From the NCBI GenBank assembly GCA_963701665.1, contig OY969622.1, positions 832,001 to 896,000 of the forward strand: 64,000 nucleotides of DNA, written 5' to 3'. The DNA comes from Candidatus Babeliales bacterium (GTDB lineage: Bacteria > Babelota > Babeliae > Babelales > JANWKD01). A program made the position numbers and the translations under genes. Below the pieces are notes generated by a model. It had not been told where the DNA came from, did no database searches, and saw only the letters and a program-made list of their open reading frames with translations. This document shows positions 9,601 through 17,749 of the stretch, piece by piece. The stretch's first letter is position 1, and each line of letters opens with the position of its first letter.

Positions 9601-11346
9601 ATCAATTCTGAATTCCAACAAACATGGTCCATCTTAGCCGCAGGCTTTAATGGCACATTTAGTACTGTTGCCAATCTTATCACTTTTACCACTGAATTCT
9701 TTCCCACATGGACTATTTTAGCTGCTGGATTTAACGGCACCTTCTCTGCCCTCAATGCCTGTTGCACTAACATCAATTCTGAATTTCAACAAACATGGTC
9801 TATCTTAGCCGCAGGCTTTAATGGCACGTTTAGTATTGTTTCTAATCTTAACACTACTATTGCCGCCGACCTTGCTTTCACAGCAACGATTATTAATGCC
9901 GGATTTAATGGAACCTTCTCTGCTCTCAATGCATGTTGTAATAATATAACGTCTGAATTTCAACAAACATGGACGATTTTAAACGTCTTAATTGAAAATC
10001 TTTCTAATCCAACCATGATTACGCAAGCAAATTTTGGAGTAGGAGGACAATCATCATATGCTATCTCCTCGCCGGGAGTATATCGATTGGGTGCTAATAT
10101 CACGTTCAACCCTACCGGGCCAGGATTTAATGCAATTTTTATCACAACTTCTAGTGTTATTCTCGACTTACAGGATTTCACGCTTACACAAGGCAATTCC
10201 CAAAGTAACACGTTTGGTGTTGCTGTTATTGCCGGTTCAAACTATGTCTATATTAAAAATGGTGCCATCTCAAACTTCAGTTCCTCAGCCATAGATTTCC
10301 AAGGCAACAATCAGTTCATAGGAGTTGACAACACAACCACTATATCGTGCGGAGGTTGTGGTATCGAAATCGATCCTTTTGGAAACCCTACCCTAGATTT
10401 TAGTATTCAAAATTGCAATATATATAATTGCGCAAGCGGTAGCACCCTCCCCTACGGCATGCGATTATGGAACTGTCAAAACGGTTCTGTGAAGAATTGC
10501 ACTATCTCCGGATGCGGTAATAGTGCAAATAATGTCACGGCACTCGATGTAATTGATTTTCTCTACAACGACGTATCTAATATCAACATTTATGAAAATT
10601 TTGGTTCTAGTGTAAATGGCATAGAATTTGATTATAGCTCTTCTTATAATAGGTTCACTAATTGTACTGTTATAAATAATCAAGCGGTATCATCAACGGG
10701 ACAATCTACGGGAATTAATATTTTTGGAGGCGCTTATAATATTTTTGATAACTGTACTGTTAACAACAATGGTGCGCCCACAAATGGAACCGTATATGGC
10801 ATTCTCACGCAAAATAATGGAGGGATACCAGGTAATGCTGCTTCTTATAACACCTTTCGTAATTGTTCTGCTTCATTTAACAATGCTGGAACAACAGCCG
10901 GCATTTATATAAGTGGCGGTTCTAACAACAACATAGTTAATTGTCAAACAATTGCAAATCTTGCAACAAATGGTCAGTGTGTAGGATGTTATCTTCTCAC
11001 CGGTTCCAATATAGTTGACACTTGTGTTACCTCGAGCAATGTAAGTACGACAGGTGCATGTTATGGCGTTTACGTTGGCAGTAATTCTTGTGTCATCAAG
11101 GATACTCTTTCTGCAAATAACAGTGGAACAGGTGCTACTGGTGGCGTAGGTTTTTTCAATGGGGGAACCTCAGTTTTGTTTTATAGAAACGTGGCTTATG
11201 ACAACTCAACAACTTCATCACAATGGATCTATACAGGAGGATTTGGAGGTTCTTTAACACCACCAACACCAGCAGTCACATCTCCTGTATCACAAAATTT
11301 AAATAGTGCTACATCGTGGTGGACCAATCTGAATGTTGCCAGTTAA
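6601..11346 (+). CDS. Large secreted repetitive fibre/adhesin-like protein 3
   Basis: AGGAG RBS at 6590-6594 favours ATG 6601 over the ORF-track start. Same architecture as protein 2 with a more divergent head; ends WWTNLNVAS. Confidence 0.9.
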   Translation: MGYIPLFKIYSRAFIFLILCSHYATLPSENENFRATTPCLVENASAILDQEFPITEAFKVFIKNNVEKILLQKEATLSPALQKCYEILCDNPTCLSLPTKHLLGAFPELITAFHTSIKYSPPNVAANNPPEDVESIIIILLRLQVLLNEFNQQQISCCNQILADFQQTWTILAQISGISHVDFSPVFTALDACCSNITSEFQQTWTILSSITTPTLTVDFSPVFTALDACCSNITSEFQQTWTILGHLSTMTAAVDFSSVFTALNACCSNINSEFQQTWTILNADFNGTFSSLAMPTIDFAETWTILNAGFNGTFSALNACCNNINSEFQQTWTILAADFNGTFTALSAISTEPNGTFTVIADLTTTITNDFAATWTIINAGFNGTFSALNACCMNINSEFQQTWTILAADFNGTFSAINAINIDANGTFTAIADLTTTITNDFAATWTIINAGFNGTFSALNACCTTINSEFQQTWTILGAGFNGTFSAIANINAETNGTFTAIADLTTTVTNDFAATWTIFNAGFNGTFSALNACCTTINSEFQQTWSILAADFNGTFSTIANINAETNGTFTALADLTTTVTNDFAATWTIINAGFNGTFSALDACCTNINSEFQQTWTILAAGFDGTFSAIANINAETNGTFTALADLTTTITNDFAATWTIINAGFNGTFSALNACCTTINSEFQQTWTILAADFNGTFSAINAITIDSNGTLTAIADLTTTITNDFAATWTILNAGFNGTFSALNACCITINSEFQQTWTILAAGFNGTFSAINAINTDVNSTFTAIADLKNTITNDFAATWTILNAGFNGTFSALNACCSNINSEFQQTWSILGAGFNGTFSAINAISTEPNGTFTAIADLKNTITNDFVATWTILNAGFNGTFSALNACCTTINSEFQQTWTILSAGFNDTFSTLSTLTTLTTDFSATWTILAAGFNGTFSALNAITSDGNGTFSAIADLKNTTTNDFAATWTILAAGFNGTFSALNACCTNINSEFQQTWSILAAGFNGTFSTVANLITFTTEFFPTWTILAAGFNGTFSALNACCTNINSEFQQTWSILAAGFNGTFSIVSNLNTTIAADLAFTATIINAGFNGTFSALNACCNNITSEFQQTWTILNVLIENLSNPTMITQANFGVGGQSSYAISSPGVYRLGANITFNPTGPGFNAIFITTSSVILDLQDFTLTQGNSQSNTFGVAVIAGSNYVYIKNGAISNFSSSAIDFQGNNQFIGVDNTTTISCGGCGIEIDPFGNPTLDFSIQNCNIYNCASGSTLPYGMRLWNCQNGSVKNCTISGCGNSANNVTALDVIDFLYNDVSNINIYENFGSSVNGIEFDYSSSYNRFTNCTVINNQAVSSTGQSTGINIFGGAYNIFDNCTVNNNGAPTNGTVYGILTQNNGGIPGNAASYNTFRNCSASFNNAGTTAGIYISGGSNNNIVNCQTIANLATNGQCVGCYLLTGSNIVDTCVTSSNVSTTGACYGVYVGSNSCVIKDTLSANNSGTGATGGVGFFNGGTSVLFYRNVAYDNSTTSSQWIYTGGFGGSLTPPTPAVTSPVSQNLNSATSWWTNLNVAS

Positions 11347-11377
11347 AAATTAACTAAAAAGGATTATATTTTATTAT

Positions 11378-11642
11378 TGGATTCTTCTTCGTTAAAACTT
11401 CGAAGAACAGGTTCCCACGACCCTTCGAAGCTCTTTGAGCGGAGTAGGGTCGGAATAACGAATATGCGCCACTATGTCATTACGAGTACGAACAAAGTGA
11501 TACGTGGTAATCCAAACTTTATTCTTCCTTAACAAGCCATGTAAAGGTGGGCGTGGCAATCCAGATTATAAAAATTAATTCCTATTTTTTTTCACAATTT
11601 TAATGCCACTATCGTACCATAACGATCTAATTAAAGTTCCCC
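11378..11642. repeat. Cluster of REP/MITE-like palindromic element arms with nested hairpin cassettes
   Basis: Shares TGTCATTxCGAG, CGTGGCAATCCAG, the AT core and CTTCG hairpin cassettes with the copies at 14111, 18108, 34063 and 59948. Confidence 0.75.
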
Positions 11643-12119
11643 GGTGTCATCCGCTGGGGAATGTTTTCTTTGCACAGCATTTTGATCGTTACCGCAAAAA
11701 ACTGTCACCACTCTATATTTTTTTTTATCAGGAATTCTATTTGGCTCATATCTTGATGTTATTAATTTTTTTAATTCATCATTATCTTCCATACGCTCAA
11801 CAGCTTCGAGATGCCGACCTTCAACAACCGCACCATTGTTAAGCAATATTTCTGCACAGTTACAAGATTTGCACCTTATACATGTATCTAAAAAATCCCC
11901 TTTATCTAAATCATCGGGGAAATGTTTTCGCTCAAACATTTGTTGCAATAGCTCATGCTTATCAGTTCCACATAACTCCTCAAGAGAATCCGGATTAGAA
12001 AGTTTAAAGAATGGAAGATCACCTGCACCCTTGTATCGTGCACCCTCTCGCATTGCATTAATGAGAAAGTTAGCCTGTAACAACATAAATATAAAAAATA
12101 AATTACATAATTTCATCAT
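11631..12119 (-). CDS. Secreted hypothetical protein with a possible single ankyrin-like repeat
   Basis: Hydrophobic N-terminus followed by AMRE; AEILLNNGAVV resembles an ankyrin repeat. Start uncertain (12140 or 12119). Confidence 0.6.
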   Translation of the reverse strand: MMKLCNLFFIFMLLQANFLINAMREGARYKGAGDLPFFKLSNPDSLEELCGTDKHELLQQMFERKHFPDDLDKGDFLDTCIRCKSCNCAEILLNNGAVVEGRHLEAVERMEDNDELKKLITSRYEPNRIPDKKKYRVVTVFCGNDQNAVQRKHSPADDTGEL

Positions 12120-12279
12120 GGAACCCCTTATAAAAAACATTATTTTTTAACAGTATAATTATATACTTTAAAACATATCTTTAAAGACTATTTTTTTTCA
12201 CAATTTTTCATTATACTCACGCTTTGTACAAAGCAGATCACTACTACAATAAGCATATGAAAAATTAGATAGGGACCAC

Positions 12280-14046
12280 ATGATCAAACACCATTCTTTC
12301 ACACGACATGCACTCGCTGCACTTTGTTTATTCGCGCTCAACGCGCGCGCCGTACACATTTCATTTTCTTCAAAAGTTGTTGATCCTAAAACGCTCGACA
12401 TCTCAATACGCGCGCAGTTAGCACCTGAAGAATGGTTGTACAAAGATTTAATGTCATTTTCCGTTGATTCTCCCGATGTAGAATTAACGCAATGGCATGC
12501 ATCGCCATCTGCAAAAGCGGTGTATGATCCTGCGTTCAAGACAACGAAAAAAATATTCGAGGGTTTAGTGACGTTTTCTATGCAAGCACGCGCCAAACAA
12601 GAAACCTCGCCTGAGCAAACACGCGTTCATATTACTTTTTACCGCAATAAGCAGCAAAATCCCGAAGAAGTTACCTTTCCACTTTCATTTACACAACCCT
12701 CGCAGAGCCAAAAAGATATCGCACAAGAACCTCAAAAACTCGATACAGCTGCATCAAAACCAAAACAAGATCAACCGTTGCAAACACAAAATTATATAAC
12801 GCCATCGTTATCAGCGACTATTTCATCGATCGTAAAGCAAACTGAATCAACACCAATTCGTTTATTGCTCGTTTTCTTATTAGGAATTTTACTCAGCCTC
12901 ACGCCATGCATTTATCCAATGGTGCCAATCACCGCGGGCATTTTACAAGCACAAGGCAGCAAATCTTTGATCTATAATTTTTTGCTTTCATGTTCATATG
13001 CATTTGGTATGGCAACAACGTTTGCAATCTTTGGCTTACTTGCCGGATGCACTGGCCCATTATGCGGACGATTGCTCATGGAACCATTATTTATCGCCGG
13101 GCTCGTTGCTATTTTAGCCTACTTAGCACTCTCCATGTTCGGTTTTTATGAAATATATGTTCCCTCGTTTTTCAAACCCTCAACGAATGTTAAAAGCAGT
13201 TCCCTCGCTTCCACGTTTCTTTTTGGCGCAGCGAGCGGCACTATTGCTTCGCCGTGCGTTTCACCAGGACTTGCGCTGCTTTTAAGCATCGTAGCAACTC
13301 TAGGAAGCAGAATTTTAGGATTTATGTTGCTATTCACGTTCGGCCTTGGCTTGAGCATGCCACTTTTAATTATTGGTACTTTTTCTAGTTCCATTAATTT
13401 GTTACCACGAGCGGGTTCATGGATGATTGAAATTAAAAAAATGTTTGGCTTTATGATGCTTGGCATGTGCCTTTATTATATAAGTTATGTTGTCCCAGCC
13501 AATTTCATGATTTGGATCATCGTACTTTTCATATTCATTTGTGGCCTCTATTATCTTTATAACGGTGAAACTTACCGCTCTTCATTAGCAAAAAATAGTA
13601 ATCGCATTGTGGGCACAACATTAATCCTTGGAGCTTTTGTATTATCATTTTATGGCGTACGCAATTATTACCTACCTCATGAGGTTGTTGATAAAAATTG
13701 GCACACTGATTATCAAACTGCTCGTGATGAAGCAATCAAATCTCACAAAAAACTCTTTATCGATTTCTGGGCTACCTTCTGCCCTGTTTGCTTAGCAATC
13801 AATAAAACAGTATTAACAAAAGCAAACATCGCTCATGAACTTGCTGGTTTTGCAATGCTAAAAGTTGATGGCACACATGCGCATCATCAGCCGTATGCAA
13901 GATTACAACAAAAATTCACCATTACCGGATTTCCGACATTCCTTATTGTTGATCCTACTAATGAACAGATTGTTGCCAAATTCGGCGGTGAGATATATGA
14001 CATGTCTGAAGAAGCACTGATTGCCTTGCTACAACAATATAAATAA
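12280..14046 (+). CDS. dsbD: Thiol:disulfide interchange protein DsbD
   Basis: LTPCIYPMVP and ASPCVSP transmembrane motifs, LPRAGSWM, C-terminal thioredoxin domain DFWATFCPVC. Confidence 0.92.
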   Translation: MIKHHSFTRHALAALCLFALNARAVHISFSSKVVDPKTLDISIRAQLAPEEWLYKDLMSFSVDSPDVELTQWHASPSAKAVYDPAFKTTKKIFEGLVTFSMQARAKQETSPEQTRVHITFYRNKQQNPEEVTFPLSFTQPSQSQKDIAQEPQKLDTAASKPKQDQPLQTQNYITPSLSATISSIVKQTESTPIRLLLVFLLGILLSLTPCIYPMVPITAGILQAQGSKSLIYNFLLSCSYAFGMATTFAIFGLLAGCTGPLCGRLLMEPLFIAGLVAILAYLALSMFGFYEIYVPSFFKPSTNVKSSSLASTFLFGAASGTIASPCVSPGLALLLSIVATLGSRILGFMLLFTFGLGLSMPLLIIGTFSSSINLLPRAGSWMIEIKKMFGFMMLGMCLYYISYVVPANFMIWIIVLFIFICGLYYLYNGETYRSSLAKNSNRIVGTTLILGAFVLSFYGVRNYYLPHEVVDKNWHTDYQTARDEAIKSHKKLFIDFWATFCPVCLAINKTVLTKANIAHELAGFAMLKVDGTHAHHQPYARLQQKFTITGFPTFLIVDPTNEQIVAKFGGEIYDMSEEALIALLQQYK

Positions 14047-14110
14047 ACAAAATAGGATGGCGTAAATCCAATGAGTGACTATACAGCATTAGATACATAT
14101 TGAAAACAAA

Positions 14111-14216
14111 ATGTCATTGCGAGCGTAAGCGCGGCAACCCAGCTTATAAAATTATTCCTTTAAGGAATTAATTAAAGTTCTGGATCCCCACGTCGCTACG
14201 CTCCTCGGGAAGACAT
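14111..14216. repeat. REP/MITE-like element, simplest copy (no cassettes)
   Basis: ATGTCATTGCGAG...CCAG-[AT core]-CTGG...CTCGGGAAGACAT imperfect inverted arms. Confidence 0.8.
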
Positions 14217-14431
14217 TCTTGTTTTTATTACGTAAGTTTCATCGAATTTGCATTACATAAACAGATAGTTCTCTACAAAAAAATGCGTTATTTTTAGCCA
14301 TTTATGAATAACTATTCAATCTGTAATTCTATTGATTCAGAGAGGCTTTTTATGCTATTATTATAAAAACAGGGAGCCTGCCAAAAACAGTAATTTCCAG
14401 AAGCAAAATAGTATAAAAAAAAGGTTATAAA

Positions 14432-14842
14432 ATGAAGTTAAAAAATATATTATGTATTACCATTATTTTCGCCACATTGCAGCTACAAGCAGCCAGTAAT
14501 CAGTCATCCTACGACTTGTCTACATTGACTCGTTATTTGACGACAAATAACAATTCCTCACAAGAACAAACAAATACACAACAAAACAGTTTCGCTAATC
14601 AAAGTACACTCGCTACATTGAATACATTGTTAAATTCAACCCCAGATTCATTCAAAAGTACGGTTTTAGATAAAATACCAACCTCATGGAAAATATATCT
14701 CGTTAAGTTAATCGAATTTATAAAAACGTATTTGAATGATGAAAATAAACAAAATTTACAGAAAATTCAAAATATATTGCAGCAAAATATAGCCGCCACC
14801 CAGCAACAACACACTCCAGCTTTTGGCCAAACTGAACAATAA
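14432..14842 (+). CDS. Secreted hypothetical protein, Q/N-rich
   Basis: Signal peptide MKLKNILCITIIFATLQLQA. Confidence 0.75.
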   Translation: MKLKNILCITIIFATLQLQAASNQSSYDLSTLTRYLTTNNNSSQEQTNTQQNSFANQSTLATLNTLLNSTPDSFKSTVLDKIPTSWKIYLVKLIEFIKTYLNDENKQNLQKIQNILQQNIAATQQQHTPAFGQTEQ

Positions 14843-14856
14843 TTGGGAGTTAAAAA

Positions 14857-15372
14857 ATGAAGAATTTAAAATTAATTATCGCTATTGCAGCAATTGCAAT
14901 AGCGATAATCACCAACATATCCGCTATGGAACAACGGCCATCAGGGATGATGGAAGATTGGACAGGGATGATGGAAGATTGGATGGCAGAATACTCTGCC
15001 ACACTAGATCCGGAAGGATACGCAAGGGAACAGGCATCAAAACAGACGGAAGAACAAGGAGAAGAACAAGAAAAGGAAAAGAGACTACGAGAATTACAAC
15101 AGCTAGAACAAAGACGTGAAATGGAAAAAATGAAAATGAAGCCTGCTACAAAAATTTTCGGTATTTCTGTCTTAAACCAATTAATGGAACAAAAATCCGA
15201 TGAAGCACGAAATGCAACATTAAACACATTACCAACCGAAATAAAAGAATCTTTAATTTCGGTAATTGATGATCGAAGACAACTTTTAGATAGAAATCAA
15301 CCTGATCAAGCAGCTTTAGTAGAAGATTTAAATATGTTGCAAAAGCAAATTCAACAAAATTTAAGTCAATAA
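14857..15372 (+). CDS. Secreted hypothetical protein (paralogue cluster), coiled-coil
   Basis: Signal peptide then AMEQ; C-terminal half similar to 15929..16321 (LNTLPTEIKESLISVIDDR vs LNKLPIEMQEYLIPTIDNR). Confidence 0.8.
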   Translation: MKNLKLIIAIAAIAIAIITNISAMEQRPSGMMEDWTGMMEDWMAEYSATLDPEGYAREQASKQTEEQGEEQEKEKRLRELQQLEQRREMEKMKMKPATKIFGISVLNQLMEQKSDEARNATLNTLPTEIKESLISVIDDRRQLLDRNQPDQAALVEDLNMLQKQIQQNLSQ

Positions 15373-15391
15373 TTACGATGAAAGAAAAAAA

Positions 15392-15775
15392 ATGAAGAAT
15401 TTAAAATTAATTATTCTCGTAATTACGATAGCATCCCCGATTACAAATGCGTTAGCAATGATTGAACCAAAAAAAACAGAAGACGTTTCTTATGGTTTTT
15501 ATGCTCCACGAGAACGTAGAATACGACTGGGAGAACATAAAATACAACTGCAGCAAAAACAAAAATTAAAAGAACAAAAGCAACGAAATACGGAAGCTGC
15601 GAAGCCCCTTTTAGCCGTAAGCAAAGAATTAAAACCAAAGATGATGGAAGAAAGTTACGATTCCAACTGGGATATTCCCGAGGAAGATGTAGGAATCAAG
15701 TCAGATTGGGCAAAATATAATATGGAATATCACCTGAGGAAAACATCTGCAAAAGCACGAGAACAAAAATATTAA
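15392..15775 (+). CDS. Secreted hypothetical protein sharing its signal peptide with 14857..15372
   Basis: Identical MKNLKLII start, then AMIE. Confidence 0.7.
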   Translation: MKNLKLIILVITIASPITNALAMIEPKKTEDVSYGFYAPRERRIRLGEHKIQLQQKQKLKEQKQRNTEAAKPLLAVSKELKPKMMEESYDSNWDIPEEDVGIKSDWAKYNMEYHLRKTSAKAREQKY

Positions 15776-15928
15776 GAAAAAGGCAACTAGTATCACTACT
15801 ATGCTATTAAATCAGTGTTATTGCTACAAGATTCCGATAAGGCAGCTTTAGTAGAAGATTTAAATATGTTGCAAAAACAAATTCAACAAAACTTGAGTCA
15901 ATAATTAAATTTATAAAGGAAAAATATT

Positions 15929-16321
15929 ATGAAAATAACAAAAATTTTATTCATTTTAATGTTAACGTTATGCGCACTATCTTCCAACGCAATACCAATA
16001 CCTAATCCGGAAGAGGAAGATATAGACTATGAATTAGAAAAGCGAAAAGCCTTAGAAAAAACAAGAATGAAATCGCTTACAGAAATCACTGCACTATCTA
16101 CATTGAAAAAATTACTAGCCGAACCTTCACGTGAAGAAAGAGAACAGGTTCTGAATAAACTACCAATTGAAATGCAAGAATATCTTATTCCAACCATTGA
16201 TAATCGTATAAGCCTCTTAGACACATCTATAGTAGATGAAGCGGAACAAGCAAAGAAATTGCAAGAATTAAAAGAAGAATTAACAGAAGAAATATTTATC
16301 AAGCAATTATTCGTAGAATAA
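15929..16321 (+). CDS. Secreted hypothetical protein, paralogue of 14857..15372
   Basis: RBS AAGGA, signal peptide, shared C-terminal helical motif. Confidence 0.8.
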   Translation: MKITKILFILMLTLCALSSNAIPIPNPEEEDIDYELEKRKALEKTRMKSLTEITALSTLKKLLAEPSREEREQVLNKLPIEMQEYLIPTIDNRISLLDTSIVDEAEQAKKLQELKEELTEEIFIKQLFVE

Positions 16322-16333
16322 ACTAATCAAACC

Positions 16334-16371
16334 TTAAAAAAGAGAGAGTAAAGTTACTCTCTCTTTTTTAA
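16334..16371. terminator. Bidirectional intrinsic terminator
   Basis: TTAAAAAAGAGAGAGTAA-AG-TTACTCTCTCTTTTTTAA perfect hairpin with A/T tails. Confidence 0.75.
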
Positions 16372-16492
16372 TCCCGTCTTTTGCTCATCAACGCGACGTT
16401 GTTTTTCTTTATGCAAACTCTCATACATAACATCAGCGACTTCATTGACAAGCTTATACATATCTGGACCCTCTTTATGAACATGAAGATCA
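16341..16492 (-). pseudogene. Orphan duplicate of the last ~45 codons plus terminator of hpf (direct repeat of 17736..17888)
   Basis: Translates DLHVHKEGPDMYKLVNEVADVMYESLHKEKQRRVDEQKTGLKKRE* with no start; near-identical to the hpf 3' end. Confidence 0.9.
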
Positions 16493-16499
16493 AGCTGAT

Positions 16500-16527
16500 T
16501 TGACATAACATTTATGAAGATTAAGAT
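16500..16527 (+). promoter_or_regulatory. Putative sigma70 promoter of the YhcG-family gene
   Basis: TTGACA-16 nt-TAAGAT just inside the left direct repeat. Confidence 0.45.
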
Positions 16528-16587
16528 TTTAATAAAGAAGATACTTTTGCCTGCTTGCCAGCAGCTTCAAAAAGATGAAAGATATCT

Positions 16588-17712
16588 ATGAAAAAAAAGA
16601 ATACCGTTCAAAAAAAAACTATGGAGCCTAAAAACTATGCTCAGTTTTTAGAACACATAAAAAAAGATATTCACCAAACACAACTTAAAGCTGCTTTATC
16701 CGTTACACAAAATCTAACATTGCTCTATTGGCGAATTGGAAAAGATCTTTCAGAGAAAATTAATATTGAAGGCTGGGGCGCAAAAGTTGTAGAAAAGTTA
16801 GCACATGATTTAGAAATAGCATTTCCCGGAATAACCGGATTTTCAAGAACAAATATATACAGAATGATCTCATTTTATACAGCTTATCCAATTTGTCCCA
16901 CAGCTGTGGGACAAATAGAAGATAATCCCCTTTTAATGCTGCCATGGGGCCATAACGCCGTTATCCTAGAAAAAATTCAGGATAATAAACAACGGCTTTG
17001 GTATGCCAAAAAAACCATTGAAAATGGCTGGAGCAGAAGTGTGCTTTCTATGTGGATCGAATCCGATTTATATAGCCGACAAGGCAAATCGATAACCAAT
17101 TTTAAAATCACTTTGCCTGAACCTAATTCTGATTTAGCGCAACAAACGCTAAAAGATCCTTATAATTTTGACTTTCTCACCATTGATGAAAAAGCACGAG
17201 AACGAGAAATTGAATTGGGCCTCATGGAACATATCCAAAAGTTTTTGTTAGAACTTGGACAAGGATTTGCTTTTATAGGAAGGCAATATCCTCTAAAAGT
17301 AGGCGCCAAAGAATTTTTTATTGACATGCTTTTTTATCATGTACAACTACGATGTTTTATTGTTGTTGAACTGAAAGCAGAAGAATTTGATGCCAGAGAT
17401 TTAGGCCAAATTAATTTATATTTAGCTGCAGTTGATAAGCTATTAAGGCATCAAGGAGATTTGCCCACCATAGGGCTATTACTTTGCAAATCAAAAGATA
17501 ATTTTGTAGCCGAATATGCGTTAAGCACAAGCAAACAACCCATTGGCATATCAAGTTATACAACCAAACTAGTTGAAACATTGCCAAAAGAATTTAAAGG
17601 CAAGTTACCTACCATAAAAGAAATTGAAGCAGAGCTAAGCAAGAGTGAAGTTTCAGAAAAAAAACAAGCACCAGAAAAAACAAAGAAACCTCGCAAAAAG
17701 AAAGCAAGCTAA
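16588..17712 (+). CDS. yhcG: YhcG/DUF1016 family PD-(D/E)XK nuclease-domain protein
   Basis: LYWRIG, GWGAKVVEKLA, LPWGHN, ENGWSR, LKDPYNFDFL, FLLELGQGFAFIGRQ, IDMLFYH, VVELK, GQINLYL motifs. Confidence 0.92.
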   Translation: MKKKNTVQKKTMEPKNYAQFLEHIKKDIHQTQLKAALSVTQNLTLLYWRIGKDLSEKINIEGWGAKVVEKLAHDLEIAFPGITGFSRTNIYRMISFYTAYPICPTAVGQIEDNPLLMLPWGHNAVILEKIQDNKQRLWYAKKTIENGWSRSVLSMWIESDLYSRQGKSITNFKITLPEPNSDLAQQTLKDPYNFDFLTIDEKAREREIELGLMEHIQKFLLELGQGFAFIGRQYPLKVGAKEFFIDMLFYHVQLRCFIVVELKAEEFDARDLGQINLYLAAVDKLLRHQGDLPTIGLLLCKSKDNFVAEYALSTSKQPIGISSYTTKLVETLPKEFKGKLPTIKEIEAELSKSEVSEKKQAPEKTKKPRKKKAS

Positions 17713-17749
17713 CTCGTCTTGTCAAAGAATTTGTTAGAGAGAGTAAAGT

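Noticed and set aside
2340..9990. Possible CRISPR array or DGR template/variable repeats
   Set aside because: The repeats are in-frame coding units varying mainly at third codon positions. There are no unique spacers, no obvious adenine-specific variation, and no cas or reverse transcriptase gene in the window.
53..10211. Series of minus-strand ORFs (…KVPLNPA…IVHVC) at 216-nt spacing
   Set aside because: Antisense shadows of the repeat genes; their periodicity just mirrors the 72-aa unit, and they have no independent RBS or domain signal.
1923..11346. Prophage tape-measure genes
   Set aside because: The periodicity is similar, but the proteins have signal peptides and beta-helix heads, occur as three paralogues, and have no phage genes nearby.
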